Part shown: piece by piece, positions 55,410 through 63,999 of the stretch
Layout of the letters: every line of letters starts with the position of its first letter
Numbering within the stretch: position 1 is the first letter of the stretch
From: a virus
Reading direction: 5' to 3' (one strand)
Virus record (IMG/VR): IMGVR_UViG_3300025082_000006
Span: 7,104-71,103 of that record
DNA length: 64,000 nucleotides
Translations under genes and position numbers: made by a program
The notes under the pieces: model-generated
The model's database searches: none
The model's input: only the letters and a program-made list of their open reading frames with translations
What the model was told of the DNA's origin: nothing

Positions 55410-56041
55410 TATGCTTTAGCATTTTTTGTTTTCTTGGCACCTTTTGGTGCTTTAACGTTGCTTGGCTTTTTAGTACCTGGATACTTGTCTTTGCCTATTG
55501 CTAAAAACTTTTCAACTGCTGTTCTTAATTTTGCCTCGGCCTCGTCTGGGGAGCCCGGTCCGTCGTGTGCACCGGCTTGGCTTTTGTCTGATTCATATCC
55601 TATATCTTTCATGGCGCCAATTGTATAAACTTTTTTGGCTTCGACCCATGTACGAACTTTAGACATATTTTGCACTAAGATATTAGCATCGCCATCTGAG
55701 GTTAGGGCCACAGTATTGCCAGTAACTGCTTTATATTCTTTTTTCAAGAACTTCACAATGTCTTTATAGGTGCGCTCAATTTCTTGATCAAGTTTGGAAT
55801 TATGAAATTCTTTAATGGATATTTCTGATTGATAAGTAACAATAAGTTTTGGGCCAACAAAACGTACCCTAAAACCATCCATCACTCTCGAATCAAGAAT
55901 CGCGTCTCCCTTTTCGCGTTTTCCTCCCCATGTGCGCTTTTTGCCATCAGCAGCATATTTTTCATATTGTGAACCATCGTAAGCATTTGCTGCCGCTTGG
56001 TTCAAACCTTTTATAATGTCATATACAGATACAGTTGCCAT
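55409..56041 (-). CDS. Hypothetical protein
   Basis: 210-aa ORF whose stop overlaps the terminase start. Confidence 0.7.
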   Translation of the reverse strand: MATVSVYDIIKGLNQAAANAYDGSQYEKYAADGKKRTWGGKREKGDAILDSRVMDGFRVRFVGPKLIVTYQSEISIKEFHNSKLDQEIERTYKDIVKFLKKEYKAVTGNTVALTSDGDANILVQNMSKVRTWVEAKKVYTIGAMKDIGYESDKSQAGAHDGPGSPDEAEAKLRTAVEKFLAIGKDKYPGTKKPSNVKAPKGAKKTKNAKA

Positions 56042-56437
56042 TTAACTTTGCTCCTCGTCTTTTAGTTGGGGCCGGCCCTCTAACCATTTTTCTTCGTGAC
56101 CTTGAACGTGTTGAATATAACAGCCGAAACAACATTCAAACTTATTCATATAAAGATCATCTTTGATCTCAAAAGAAAATACCTCACAGACAGGACATTT
56201 CCTTTTATTCCTCTTAGTAATTAGATTCTTGGGAAGGAAAAAGCCGTCTTTCTTAACTTTCTCTTTTTGCTCTTCCTTTTTGTCCTCTTCCTTATAAAAT
56301 TCTTTTAATTGTTCTAGGTACTCTTCTTCTTTCTCATCTGTCCAAGATGACTTGGGATTTACAATTGTGTCTTTGCCAAATTTTTTAGCTATAGCTTTTT
56401 CAATCTCCGCTATTTTATTTAAATCTTTTTCCTTCAT
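56042..56437 (-). CDS. Hypothetical Zn-finger protein
   Basis: CPVC...CCFGCY. Confidence 0.7.
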   Translation of the reverse strand: MKEKDLNKIAEIEKAIAKKFGKDTIVNPKSSWTDEKEEEYLEQLKEFYKEEDKKEEQKEKVKKDGFFLPKNLITKRNKRKCPVCEVFSFEIKDDLYMNKFECCFGCYIQHVQGHEEKWLEGRPQLKDEEQS

Positions 56438-57546
56438 TAAACACCTGTCACTTTCACAATGTCTGCTGCAGCAACTCCTATAACTTTTACAATATCTCCC
56501 GATGCAACTCCTAAAACGCCATGGCCATAGCCAGTAGGGGCGTACACGAATTCGAAGCAGCCTCTATCAGGATTATCCTCACTCCCCGGGGTGCCGCCGG
56601 ACGGCCTTACATTCCCACTTAGATCAAAGAAAATTCCTATGGGCGTTCCATATCCCACTGCTGGAGACGAGGAGCTGAGTTGGAAGTTGGATGCAACAGA
56701 TGGGCTACTTCCCATGGCGGTACCGTCGATAAACTGTGGGCTTGAGCCGGTGTAGCCGGTCTCTCCTTCGCCATCAGTACCGTCAGCGCTGTTGGCCAAG
56801 TTTCGAAAGTTGGTGCCACCTACATTTAGTAAATTATAAGTATGGTTATCAGAGGCAATTCCTTTTAAGTTCGGTGATGTTCCGGAAACGATACAATTAA
56901 TAACCTTAGTAGCTTGAAGAACAGGATAGTCCGTTGTGGGATAACGATTGATAAAGGTAGAATAGCTGGCAGTAGTGTACGCACCCGCATAATTTTTAAT
57001 CACATACCCATCAGTAGAAGCAGTAATAAAACTATTTCTTACATAGAGCTGGCCGTTAACAAGAATGGGCGCCGAGTAATTACGTTGGTTGTCTCCATAA
57101 ATCACCGATTCAAAAATGGTGGCCGGATCAGAAACCCCGTTTCCTTCGATGGCCCACCCGGTAAGCTTATTTATATCGTGGAAAAAACATCCAGTTATGT
57201 GAAAGGTTCTCTGGGTCTGGTTTTGATTATGAAGGGCATACCTGCTGCAACCATAAACTTCAAGGCCGCGGATTGTTGTACCGGTTACGTTGGAGAAATT
57301 AAAGACGTTGGTCTCGCCTGCCGCATTTATCTTCGCGCGACCTAGGTCGCTTGCGGTATGTGTAAAGGTGAGACCATTGTAGTTAACTGGCAGGTCCCCC
57401 TCGTCGTATATCCCTTCATCTAAAATCTCCACCGTGTCGCCGTGAGTCCATGATAATGTGACGTTATTAATGGTTAATTTTGGCGCGGCTTTGGACGTTC
57501 CAGCATTAGAATCGTTTCCCGCTTTAGAAACATAATAAGTGGTCAT
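56437..57546 (-). CDS. Parallel beta-helix virion appendage with C-terminal 11-residue repeats
   Basis: TYYVS..GNDSNAGTS.AAP..TI, GDTVEI..GIY.E, FQLSSSSPA, DLSGNVRP, PDRGCFE. Confidence 0.75.
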   Translation of the reverse strand: MTTYYVSKAGNDSNAGTSKAAPKLTINNVTLSWTHGDTVEILDEGIYDEGDLPVNYNGLTFTHTASDLGRAKINAAGETNVFNFSNVTGTTIRGLEVYGCSRYALHNQNQTQRTFHITGCFFHDINKLTGWAIEGNGVSDPATIFESVIYGDNQRNYSAPILVNGQLYVRNSFITASTDGYVIKNYAGAYTTASYSTFINRYPTTDYPVLQATKVINCIVSGTSPNLKGIASDNHTYNLLNVGGTNFRNLANSADGTDGEGETGYTGSSPQFIDGTAMGSSPSVASNFQLSSSSPAVGYGTPIGIFFDLSGNVRPSGGTPGSEDNPDRGCFEFVYAPTGYGHGVLGVASGDIVKVIGVAAADIVKVTGV

Positions 57547-58107
57547 TTAAACCTCAACCCAAGTTTTATCCGGATTAAAATACATTGTGATGGCAGTTGC
57601 ATCGTCGCTGATGTCTACACAATATCCAAGGATTCTAACAATGTTACCAGATGTAGATGGTGCCGTAAATGTATAATGTTCGGTGGAAAGGGAGATATAA
57701 ATGGGTGCACCAGTATATGCTGTGCCCGAGGGATTCCCGAAATCTGCAGCTGCTAGTTTTATAATTCCTTTTAAAAGTACTCCTACTTTAGATGTGAGGC
57801 CGGCGGACAAAGGAATTCCCAGCAAATAACCGCTCCCAGAAGTAACAAAATTAGTAGAACCTGCAGAAGCCCACACATTGCCCGATCCAAAATAATGAAG
57901 TTTTTGTGCGAAAGCTTCAGTTATATCAGAGGCGCCTTTATATAATATTGTTGCATCTGCATTCGACCGCGGATCATCGCCCAGTTCTTTTTGGCGTTGA
58001 ATGGTCGATTGAATTCCCACTGTACTGTTAATGGTGATGTCAGAATTCTGCAGTCTAGCAAATGCTCGTAATTGTTTTAATGAAAATTTGCTTATTCTGT
58101 TAGCCAT
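57547..58107 (-). CDS. Anchor/cement-like virion protein
   Basis: ATG 58107 (MANRISKF); C-terminal domain homologous to that of 46487..48322. Confidence 0.65.
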   Translation of the reverse strand: MANRISKFSLKQLRAFARLQNSDITINSTVGIQSTIQRQKELGDDPRSNADATILYKGASDITEAFAQKLHYFGSGNVWASAGSTNFVTSGSGYLLGIPLSAGLTSKVGVLLKGIIKLAAADFGNPSGTAYTGAPIYISLSTEHYTFTAPSTSGNIVRILGYCVDISDDATAITMYFNPDKTWVEV

Positions 58108-58562
58108 TATTGCACATTGTCCACAGCGTAAACTACAGCAATTGTTAATGCAATTCCGGCGATTACACCTCCAGTCGCCCACCAAGTTGAATAATTGTTT
58201 GAATTTTCTAAAGCCACCTTGCTTAGTCTATCAATTTCTTTATTCTTGATATCAATAATTGCTGTATATTTTTTGTCCATTGTGTCTAGACTAAGTTTCG
58301 TATTGTCTAAAAGTAATTGCATACGAAGATGTTCTTTTTGAACCTCGAAATTCATTCTCATTATGCATTCTTGTGTAGAGAAATCTTTATCAGCAAATAT
58401 TTTAGCTGCTGCTGCAGTATTTAAAAGCACACCATTATAAGGTGCTTCTTCGCCTTTTTGTATTCCAGTGACTTTTGGAGTTTCATCTGGGGGAGGGGTA
58501 TCTGCAAATAAGATTGCTGGGAAAGCCAGCATAGCTATTAGTATCGGTATTATTAATCTCAT
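58107..58562 (-). CDS. Exported coiled-coil protein with C-terminal TM (spanin-like candidate)
   Basis: Signal peptide MRLIIPILIAMLAFPAILFA; C-terminal WWATGGVIAGIALTIAVVYAV. Confidence 0.55.
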   Translation of the reverse strand: MRLIIPILIAMLAFPAILFADTPPPDETPKVTGIQKGEEAPYNGVLLNTAAAAKIFADKDFSTQECIMRMNFEVQKEHLRMQLLLDNTKLSLDTMDKKYTAIIDIKNKEIDRLSKVALENSNNYSTWWATGGVIAGIALTIAVVYAVDNVQ

Positions 58563-58966
58563 TCGCCCTCTGTATATTCAATTTCAAACTTTTCGCCAAT
58601 CATCTTGGCTAAGGTATCAGGATCATTATAATATTTTTCAACAATTTCTTTAACAGATTTTTTCTTTTTTTCGTCTAACTCTTCATTGTTTTTAGCAAAC
58701 TCTTTTTCAAGGTTAGAAACTGTTTTGGTATATTGTTCTAAAATCTCATCTCTTTTCTTAAGCTCTTCTGCGTGTGCATGGTTAATTGCGTCGATTTGTG
58801 CTTTGTAACTAGCTTCTCGAATCTTTAAAATCTGCTCTGCAACGTTTTTTCTTCGTAAAACAAGCCAAGTAAATAAAACTGCCAACACAATAAAGGGCGC
58901 CTTCCAATGATGCTTTAGCCACGTCCAGCATTTTTTTAAAAACTTTTTAATAATTAAGAAACTCAT
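58559..58966 (-). CDS. N-terminal TM + coiled-coil protein (i-spanin-like candidate)
   Basis: APFIVLAVLFTWLVL then a charged coiled coil; overlaps the next gene. Confidence 0.55.
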   Translation of the reverse strand: MSFLIIKKFLKKCWTWLKHHWKAPFIVLAVLFTWLVLRRKNVAEQILKIREASYKAQIDAINHAHAEELKKRDEILEQYTKTVSNLEKEFAKNNEELDEKKKKSVKEIVEKYYNDPDTLAKMIGEKFEIEYTEGE

Positions 58967-58967
58967 T

Positions 58968-59378
58968 TTACCATTCTATGTCTTCGTCGTCGTAAAGGGC
59001 CATATAGGCGGCATGTTCTTCTGGTGTCTTCGGAGTAGACGGGCCCTCTCGGCGAGCAGCAGCTTCTTCTTTGTCATAAATTCGGTTGCGAGGATCTTCA
59101 TCATGCTCATCGTATTCTTCTTCAGTTTCTTCAGGGTTTAATAACGCGTCCAGCGAATGGGATATAGGGCCGATTTCTAGGGCACGTCCGGGATCGAGGC
59201 GACTAGCTATATCCAACGCTTTGCGTAATTTCGCATGTGCCTCTTCAAGAAACGTTTCTATGTCCTCTTCCCTTTCTTCTTCCTGATCAGAAGGAGCATC
59301 CTCCGGATCAAAATCCGAAGAATGCTCTTTCATTACTTCACTGATGAGTCTTTTTAATTTTGACTTTGTAAGTTTCAT
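58968..59378 (-). CDS. Acidic protein with MKLTKSKLKRLISEVMKE leader
   Basis: Same leader as 20181..20792; ATG 59378 overlaps the upstream stop. Confidence 0.7.
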   Translation of the reverse strand: MKLTKSKLKRLISEVMKEHSSDFDPEDAPSDQEEEREEDIETFLEEAHAKLRKALDIASRLDPGRALEIGPISHSLDALLNPEETEEEYDEHDEDPRNRIYDKEEAAARREGPSTPKTPEEHAAYMALYDDEDIEW

Positions 59379-59572
59379 GATGTTGGTCCATGCCTCCATC
59401 TAGATGCAATATCAGCTAAGCCTTCTAAACCAATATAAGCTAATGAAATCGCTACCCAATCTGACGATTCTAGCGGTACGACGTCCAAAAACATAAAGCT
59501 TGTGGCCGTCAACCAAACCATCAACTTACGCGATAATAGTTTATTTAAAGTTTTGTCTAATACTTGTCTCAT
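59375..59572 (-). CDS. Small two-TM holin-like protein
   Basis: SRKLMVW.., two hydrophobic helices, YIG.EG..D; AAGGAG SD. Confidence 0.55.
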   Translation of the reverse strand: MRQVLDKTLNKLLSRKLMVWLTATSFMFLDVVPLESSDWVAISLAYIGLEGLADIASRWRHGPTS

Positions 59573-59595
59573 AAAAAACTCCTTTTAATTTATTG

Positions 59596-59823
59596 TTACT
59601 TCTTGTTGAACAGGGCAACTAAAACCCACAATGCAACAAGGCCAACAAGACCTTCACTACCTAACGATTTAGTAACGCCAACTACATTGCCGACGACGTC
59701 GCCTGGTAAAAATGCAACATTTGATCCAAAGAGTACTTGTAAAACGACTCCCAATGCTAAAACTGAAAGGGCCATACTTGTTAACTCTTTAAGTACTGCG
59801 CCTGCTTTTTGTAAATATTCCAT
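59596..59823 (-). CDS. Small membrane protein
   Basis: Two hydrophobic segments; AGGAGG SD; ACTAATTA at 59865-59872. Confidence 0.65.
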   Translation of the reverse strand: MEYLQKAGAVLKELTSMALSVLALGVVLQVLFGSNVAFLPGDVVGNVVGVTKSLGSEGLVGLVALWVLVALFNKK

Positions 59824-59895
59824 AAATTTATTCCTCCTAATTTATACCGCTCTCGCGGCTACTTTAATTAGTGTTGTGCTATAGAAACATCCCTG

Positions 59896-61209
59896 TTAGA
59901 CGGAGCCTGTTTCAATTATGATAAACGGATTGCCTCCTCTGCTAACACAATATGGAATGGATCTTCCACGAAAACCTGCTACTCCTTTTGTGGCTAATGA
60001 AAATGGAACTTGGTCGACTTTACCAAGGGCGCCCGCATAACCTCCCCGCTGATAGGCTCCCATAGAATACCCATTCGCGCCGGGCCTTTTATATTGCACA
60101 GTTGCGTTGCTATATAAATTTATTGTGAGGTCGCCGCCAAAATTTGATTCTGCTGGTGTGGAATATGCTATCCAATCTTTGCCCGGGCGGATATTACCAG
60201 ATAAATCCACTTCGGCCATATCCGTGAATGTGTCCGCGGACGGCTGCGTGCCGGCGATGGTGCATGGCGAAGAAGCCTGTAGTGTAAAGTCTAAATTTGA
60301 AGCGTCCGCAAACAGTGGGTTTTGCGATATTTCTGAGCCGGAAAAAGACGCGGAGGCGCCGGCGGTATCAATTATCTTTTTCCCAGAGCTGCCATCTACA
60401 AATATGCAATTATACTGATGGTTATCGGACTTTATGCCAATCCAGCCGTCGCCACTATTGTCGGGGGCGCCACCCGAAACGATGCAATTAATCACTTTTC
60501 CCATTTGTATAGCGCCGATTGAGCCGCCACCAGATGTAGAAAAGCCCGAACTAGTTGCAACGCACGTAACAAAACTAGCGGTCGTATTTACATATGAGTA
60601 GCCTTGCCCCAAAAACACTCCGTTCCTTGGGTTGGCGCCACCGACAAACAAAGTGTTACGAACGAGGACATGGGATCCCCCGATCAAGATAGACGCGCCG
60701 TTAGCGGTGTCGGGGTCCTCGCTGCGCACAAACCTGCATTCTCCTATAAGAGCGTGATCGCTAGCGCCGGAAAAAGTCCCCACCTGAGCGCCGCCATCGC
60801 CCATAATTCGGTTTGTTATGACGCCGGTATTATCATGCACATAACACCCAGATATTGAAAACTTTCTAGCGTTGGCGTTGGCATCGTTGTCCCATATTTT
60901 GTCGCCATAATTTCTAATTTCTAAGTTTTCATAATAGGTCCCACTAAAGTCGCCCATGTTAAAACAATTAGCCGAGGCCTCATCACCATCCAAAATTGCC
61001 ATTTCGCCCGCTTTGGACTTATATTGCACATTGTGGTTTTTTGTATTTATTCCGGTTTCGTGGTAAACATTCGACGCGCTAATGATTACTATGTCGCCGT
61101 CCGCGGACGCACTATGGGCGGCGGCCTTAATTGTCTTTGTAGCTGCGGCCCATGAGGTACCGGCGTTTCCATCAACGCCTGAGCCGCTATTTGCATAATA
61201 TGTTACCAT
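59896..61209 (-). CDS. Parallel beta-helix virion appendage (paralogue of 56437..57546)
   Basis: Shared blocks TYY..NAGTS.AA..TI, TTAS, KVINCIVSG, SDNH.YN, F.L..SSP, DLSGN.RP. Confidence 0.75.
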   Translation of the reverse strand: MVTYYANSGSGVDGNAGTSWAAATKTIKAAAHSASADGDIVIISASNVYHETGINTKNHNVQYKSKAGEMAILDGDEASANCFNMGDFSGTYYENLEIRNYGDKIWDNDANANARKFSISGCYVHDNTGVITNRIMGDGGAQVGTFSGASDHALIGECRFVRSEDPDTANGASILIGGSHVLVRNTLFVGGANPRNGVFLGQGYSYVNTTASFVTCVATSSGFSTSGGGSIGAIQMGKVINCIVSGGAPDNSGDGWIGIKSDNHQYNCIFVDGSSGKKIIDTAGASASFSGSEISQNPLFADASNLDFTLQASSPCTIAGTQPSADTFTDMAEVDLSGNIRPGKDWIAYSTPAESNFGGDLTINLYSNATVQYKRPGANGYSMGAYQRGGYAGALGKVDQVPFSLATKGVAGFRGRSIPYCVSRGGNPFIIIETGSV

Positions 61210-61217
61210 ACTAATAA

Positions 61218-61415
61218 TTAGTCTTTAGGTTCAATTTGTGGCTTAGTATACCCATCTTTATACCAGCCATCGCCCTTTAAAGCAAAGCTGGTGGCGGATA
61301 TAATTCTAATGGTGGGCTCTCCGCATTCTTCACATTTTGGGTGAGGATCAGTATACTTTTGAATTATTTCGAAAACATGTTCACATTCGGTACATTTAAA
61401 ATCATAGAGTGGCAT
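61218..61415 (-). CDS. FmdB-family zinc-ribbon protein
   Basis: MPLYDFKCTECEHVFE...CEECG...RIISATSFALKGDGWYKDGY. Confidence 0.9.
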   Translation of the reverse strand: MPLYDFKCTECEHVFEIIQKYTDPHPKCEECGEPTIRIISATSFALKGDGWYKDGYTKPQIEPKD

Positions 61416-61416
61416 T

Positions 61417-63999
61417 TTAAGTCTCCATTACGTGAGCATATTTTCCTTTTTTGTCGATGGTTATCTGCATGTCTACGCAGTCCTTGAGAGAATCTAAGTG
61501 TGAAATCAAGAATACAGTTTTAAAATAGGATTTTACTAGATCTAAAATACGGACAAAGCCGTCCATGTTATCAGCGTCTAATGATGTTCCTGGTTCATCA
61601 AGAATAAAGATGTTTGATTTTGGTAGATTAGACACAGACAAGAGAGCCAAACGAATTGCCATGGCAGCAATTGTTTTTTCTGCTCCACTGCCCATTTCAA
61701 TTGGTCGAGGCTCGTGGCTTGGATGTTTAATAAGAATTTTTAGATGTTTGCCATCGTTCTCAAAGAACACTTCAAAGTTTACAACGTTAGCTAGCACTTT
61801 TGCAATCTCATTATTAATTACTGGGAGTTTCTTTTTGATAATATCGTAAGAAATTCCATTGCTGTGCATACATCGCATAAATAAGTCATAAGCTGAGAAG
61901 TCTTCGCGCAAATCAAGTAGCTCTTGTTTCTGCTCTTTGAGAGAGGTTAGTTTCTGCTCAACAGAGCCGTGCTCTTTATAAAGATCTAAAAGTTTTTGTT
62001 GGCAATCTTCTAGTTCTTTTTCTTTTTTAGTGGTGTTGGACTGAAATCTCTTGAGATCTCGCATTAAACTTTCTTTACCAAGGATTGCTTCTCTATTTTC
62101 ATAATAGTCTACTCGCAAGACATCCAAATCTTCTAATTCTTTTTGTACGGCTTTATATTCTATTTCATTTTTTCCGGCAAGCGCGCTGTTTGTTTTAAGT
62201 TCTGCTTCAAGTTGCACCTTCTTATTCTGTACTTGCTCATATTTCTCCAGATGGCTTTCAATTTTCTCTGGATTTAGCTCCGCGATCTCGTCGGTGGCTT
62301 TTTGTGAAGCCTCTTGCAAAGAACTACAATTCTTTTTTGTTATCGACAGTTTATCAACTGCGACGTAAGCATCACGAATAAATTTGCAATGAGAGTATTC
62401 TGACCCGCAAGGCACTTCTTTTAATAGCTCTGCTTTTTTCTCCTGGTTCTGTAGCTTGATCTCTTCTGTAGAAAATTCATTAAGAATTTGTTCTAGCTCT
62501 TGGTGCTTTTCTTGCACATTTTCTTGTTGGCCTTCAAGCTCTTTGATGTTGAAATCACTTAAGAAAGTATTAATTTTATTTATCTTTTCGATACCATCGT
62601 TAACGCTTCCATTTAATTCAATACTTTGTGCAATTAAATCTATAGACTCGCGCTGTTTGGTATCCAAGTCTTTTTCTACCTCTTCGATATTAATAACTTC
62701 GGCGCTAATAGAATTAATTTTGTCATTCATTTCATCGCCAGATTCTTTAAGTTGGTTTAGTTCTTCTTTTATTGTCTCGCACTTGTTAGTATGCGCTTCT
62801 GTTTCTTTTTCGTTGGTAGAGAGTTCTTCTTCGGTGTTCGTGATGTCCTCATCAAATTCTTTTCCTTCTAATCTCTTTAGTGCCCCTCTTAAGTCTGATG
62901 CATCTTCTTTGGCCATCTTGTATTTCTTTTCAAACATTTCGAGATCAAGAAATTTGGCAAGAATTTCTTTTCGTCTGGTCGACCCTTCACTAATAAATTG
63001 GAGCGAACCAAGCTGAGAAGACATTGAAGTTAAAAGGAAGTCTTCAAGTGTCCCAAAGTGTTTCCTTACGATCTTATCCGTCTCGTTTCTTGTTAGGCCA
63101 TTGAGGCTTTGTGTCTCATCAGTAGCTTCATCATAGCATTCAAAGTTCAAATCGGTTTTCGCTTCTAACGTTTCTTCGCCCTTTAGCTTTTTAACATATT
63201 TTTCAGAAGTTCTTTGGACTGTGTATCTTTTGTTGCCTATCGAAATCTCAACTTTGCCTGTGCCGCATTTTTTGTTTTGATTAATAATGTTGAGATTCTT
63301 CCTCTCATTTTTACTAGTAGAATTAAAGAGAGTGTAGAGCATGCTGTCAATAATACTAGACTTTCCGCTGAAGTTCTTCCCAAAAATTCCGACGATTCCA
63401 CTAAGCTTGTTAAAGCTGATCCTATTCCTATCTCCATAATTAAATAAATTCCCCCAATCTAGTGATTCTAGTTTCCAATTGACATTTCTCCCGACCTCTT
63501 CTTGGTCTTCGGCCACTCTATTATACTTAGAGTTGAGCTTTGTAACCCGCTGCAATAAATCATCTTCGGGCTGAAAATCTTTTAGATATTCCTCGATTAA
63601 TTCTTCTTGTACGACTGGATCTCTAAGGTTATCCGGCGCGAGCCCGTCTGCAAGTTCATCTATATTTCCTCGTTCGCCTGCAGCGCGATTTAAAAATGTA
63701 ATGCTCTCTGGTTTAAATCGATGCTTTGCAATTTCCACAGCTTTCTTCATCGTATCCAAAGGCAAATTATTATTAGCAACTAAGCGCACTCGGGCCCCAG
63801 AAGGAATTTGAATCTTTTTCGGCATCCTTCCTTTTGGCGTTAACTCAATAGTAATAAAGGGTTTTGGGTTTTCCAGTGTAACATGTTTACAAGTAAAATC
63901 ATCTTTGTTTTCAATGTCCCAAACTAGAAAACCCTTGTCGTTAGTTTCTCCATGATTTTGCTGCACCGTGGAACCTGCGTAACGAATTGTACCCTTGTA
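61417..63999 (-). CDS. sbcC: SbcC/Rad50 (gp46-like) ATPase fused to an upstream SbcD/Mre11 nuclease (5' end outside window)
   Basis: Walker A GKNFSGKSS, coiled coil, GSGAEK signature, FILDEP, ISH; frame open to the window edge through IRYAGSTVQQNHGE..DKGFLVWD (Mre11 C-terminal motif). Confidence 0.9.
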   Translation of the reverse strand, partial: YKGTIRYAGSTVQQNHGETNDKGFLVWDIENKDDFTCKHVTLENPKPFITIELTPKGRMPKKIQIPSGARVRLVANNNLPLDTMKKAVEIAKHRFKPESITFLNRAAGERGNIDELADGLAPDNLRDPVVQEELIEEYLKDFQPEDDLLQRVTKLNSKYNRVAEDQEEVGRNVNWKLESLDWGNLFNYGDRNRISFNKLSGIVGIFGKNFSGKSSIIDSMLYTLFNSTSKNERKNLNIINQNKKCGTGKVEISIGNKRYTVQRTSEKYVKKLKGEETLEAKTDLNFECYDEATDETQSLNGLTRNETDKIVRKHFGTLEDFLLTSMSSQLGSLQFISEGSTRRKEILAKFLDLEMFEKKYKMAKEDASDLRGALKRLEGKEFDEDITNTEEELSTNEKETEAHTNKCETIKEELNQLKESGDEMNDKINSISAEVINIEEVEKDLDTKQRESIDLIAQSIELNGSVNDGIEKINKINTFLSDFNIKELEGQQENVQEKHQELEQILNEFSTEEIKLQNQEKKAELLKEVPCGSEYSHCKFIRDAYVAVDKLSITKKNCSSLQEASQKATDEIAELNPEKIESHLEKYEQVQNKKVQLEAELKTNSALAGKNEIEYKAVQKELEDLDVLRVDYYENREAILGKESLMRDLKRFQSNTTKKEKELEDCQQKLLDLYKEHGSVEQKLTSLKEQKQELLDLREDFSAYDLFMRCMHSNGISYDIIKKKLPVINNEIAKVLANVVNFEVFFENDGKHLKILIKHPSHEPRPIEMGSGAEKTIAAMAIRLALLSVSNLPKSNIFILDEPGTSLDADNMDGFVRILDLVKSYFKTVFLISHLDSLKDCVDMQITIDKKGKYAHVMET

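Noticed and set aside
55409-56437. Small terminase call for genes upstream of the large terminase
   Set aside because: Only position supports it; no recognisable motif.
58108-58185. Upstream extension of ORF 57547..58185
   Set aside because: It overlaps the preceding gene; ATG 58107, coupled to the upstream stop, is the more plausible start.
1131-63447. Numerous plus-strand ORFs in the track
   Set aside because: All lie antisense to well-supported minus-strand genes and show no recognisable motifs.
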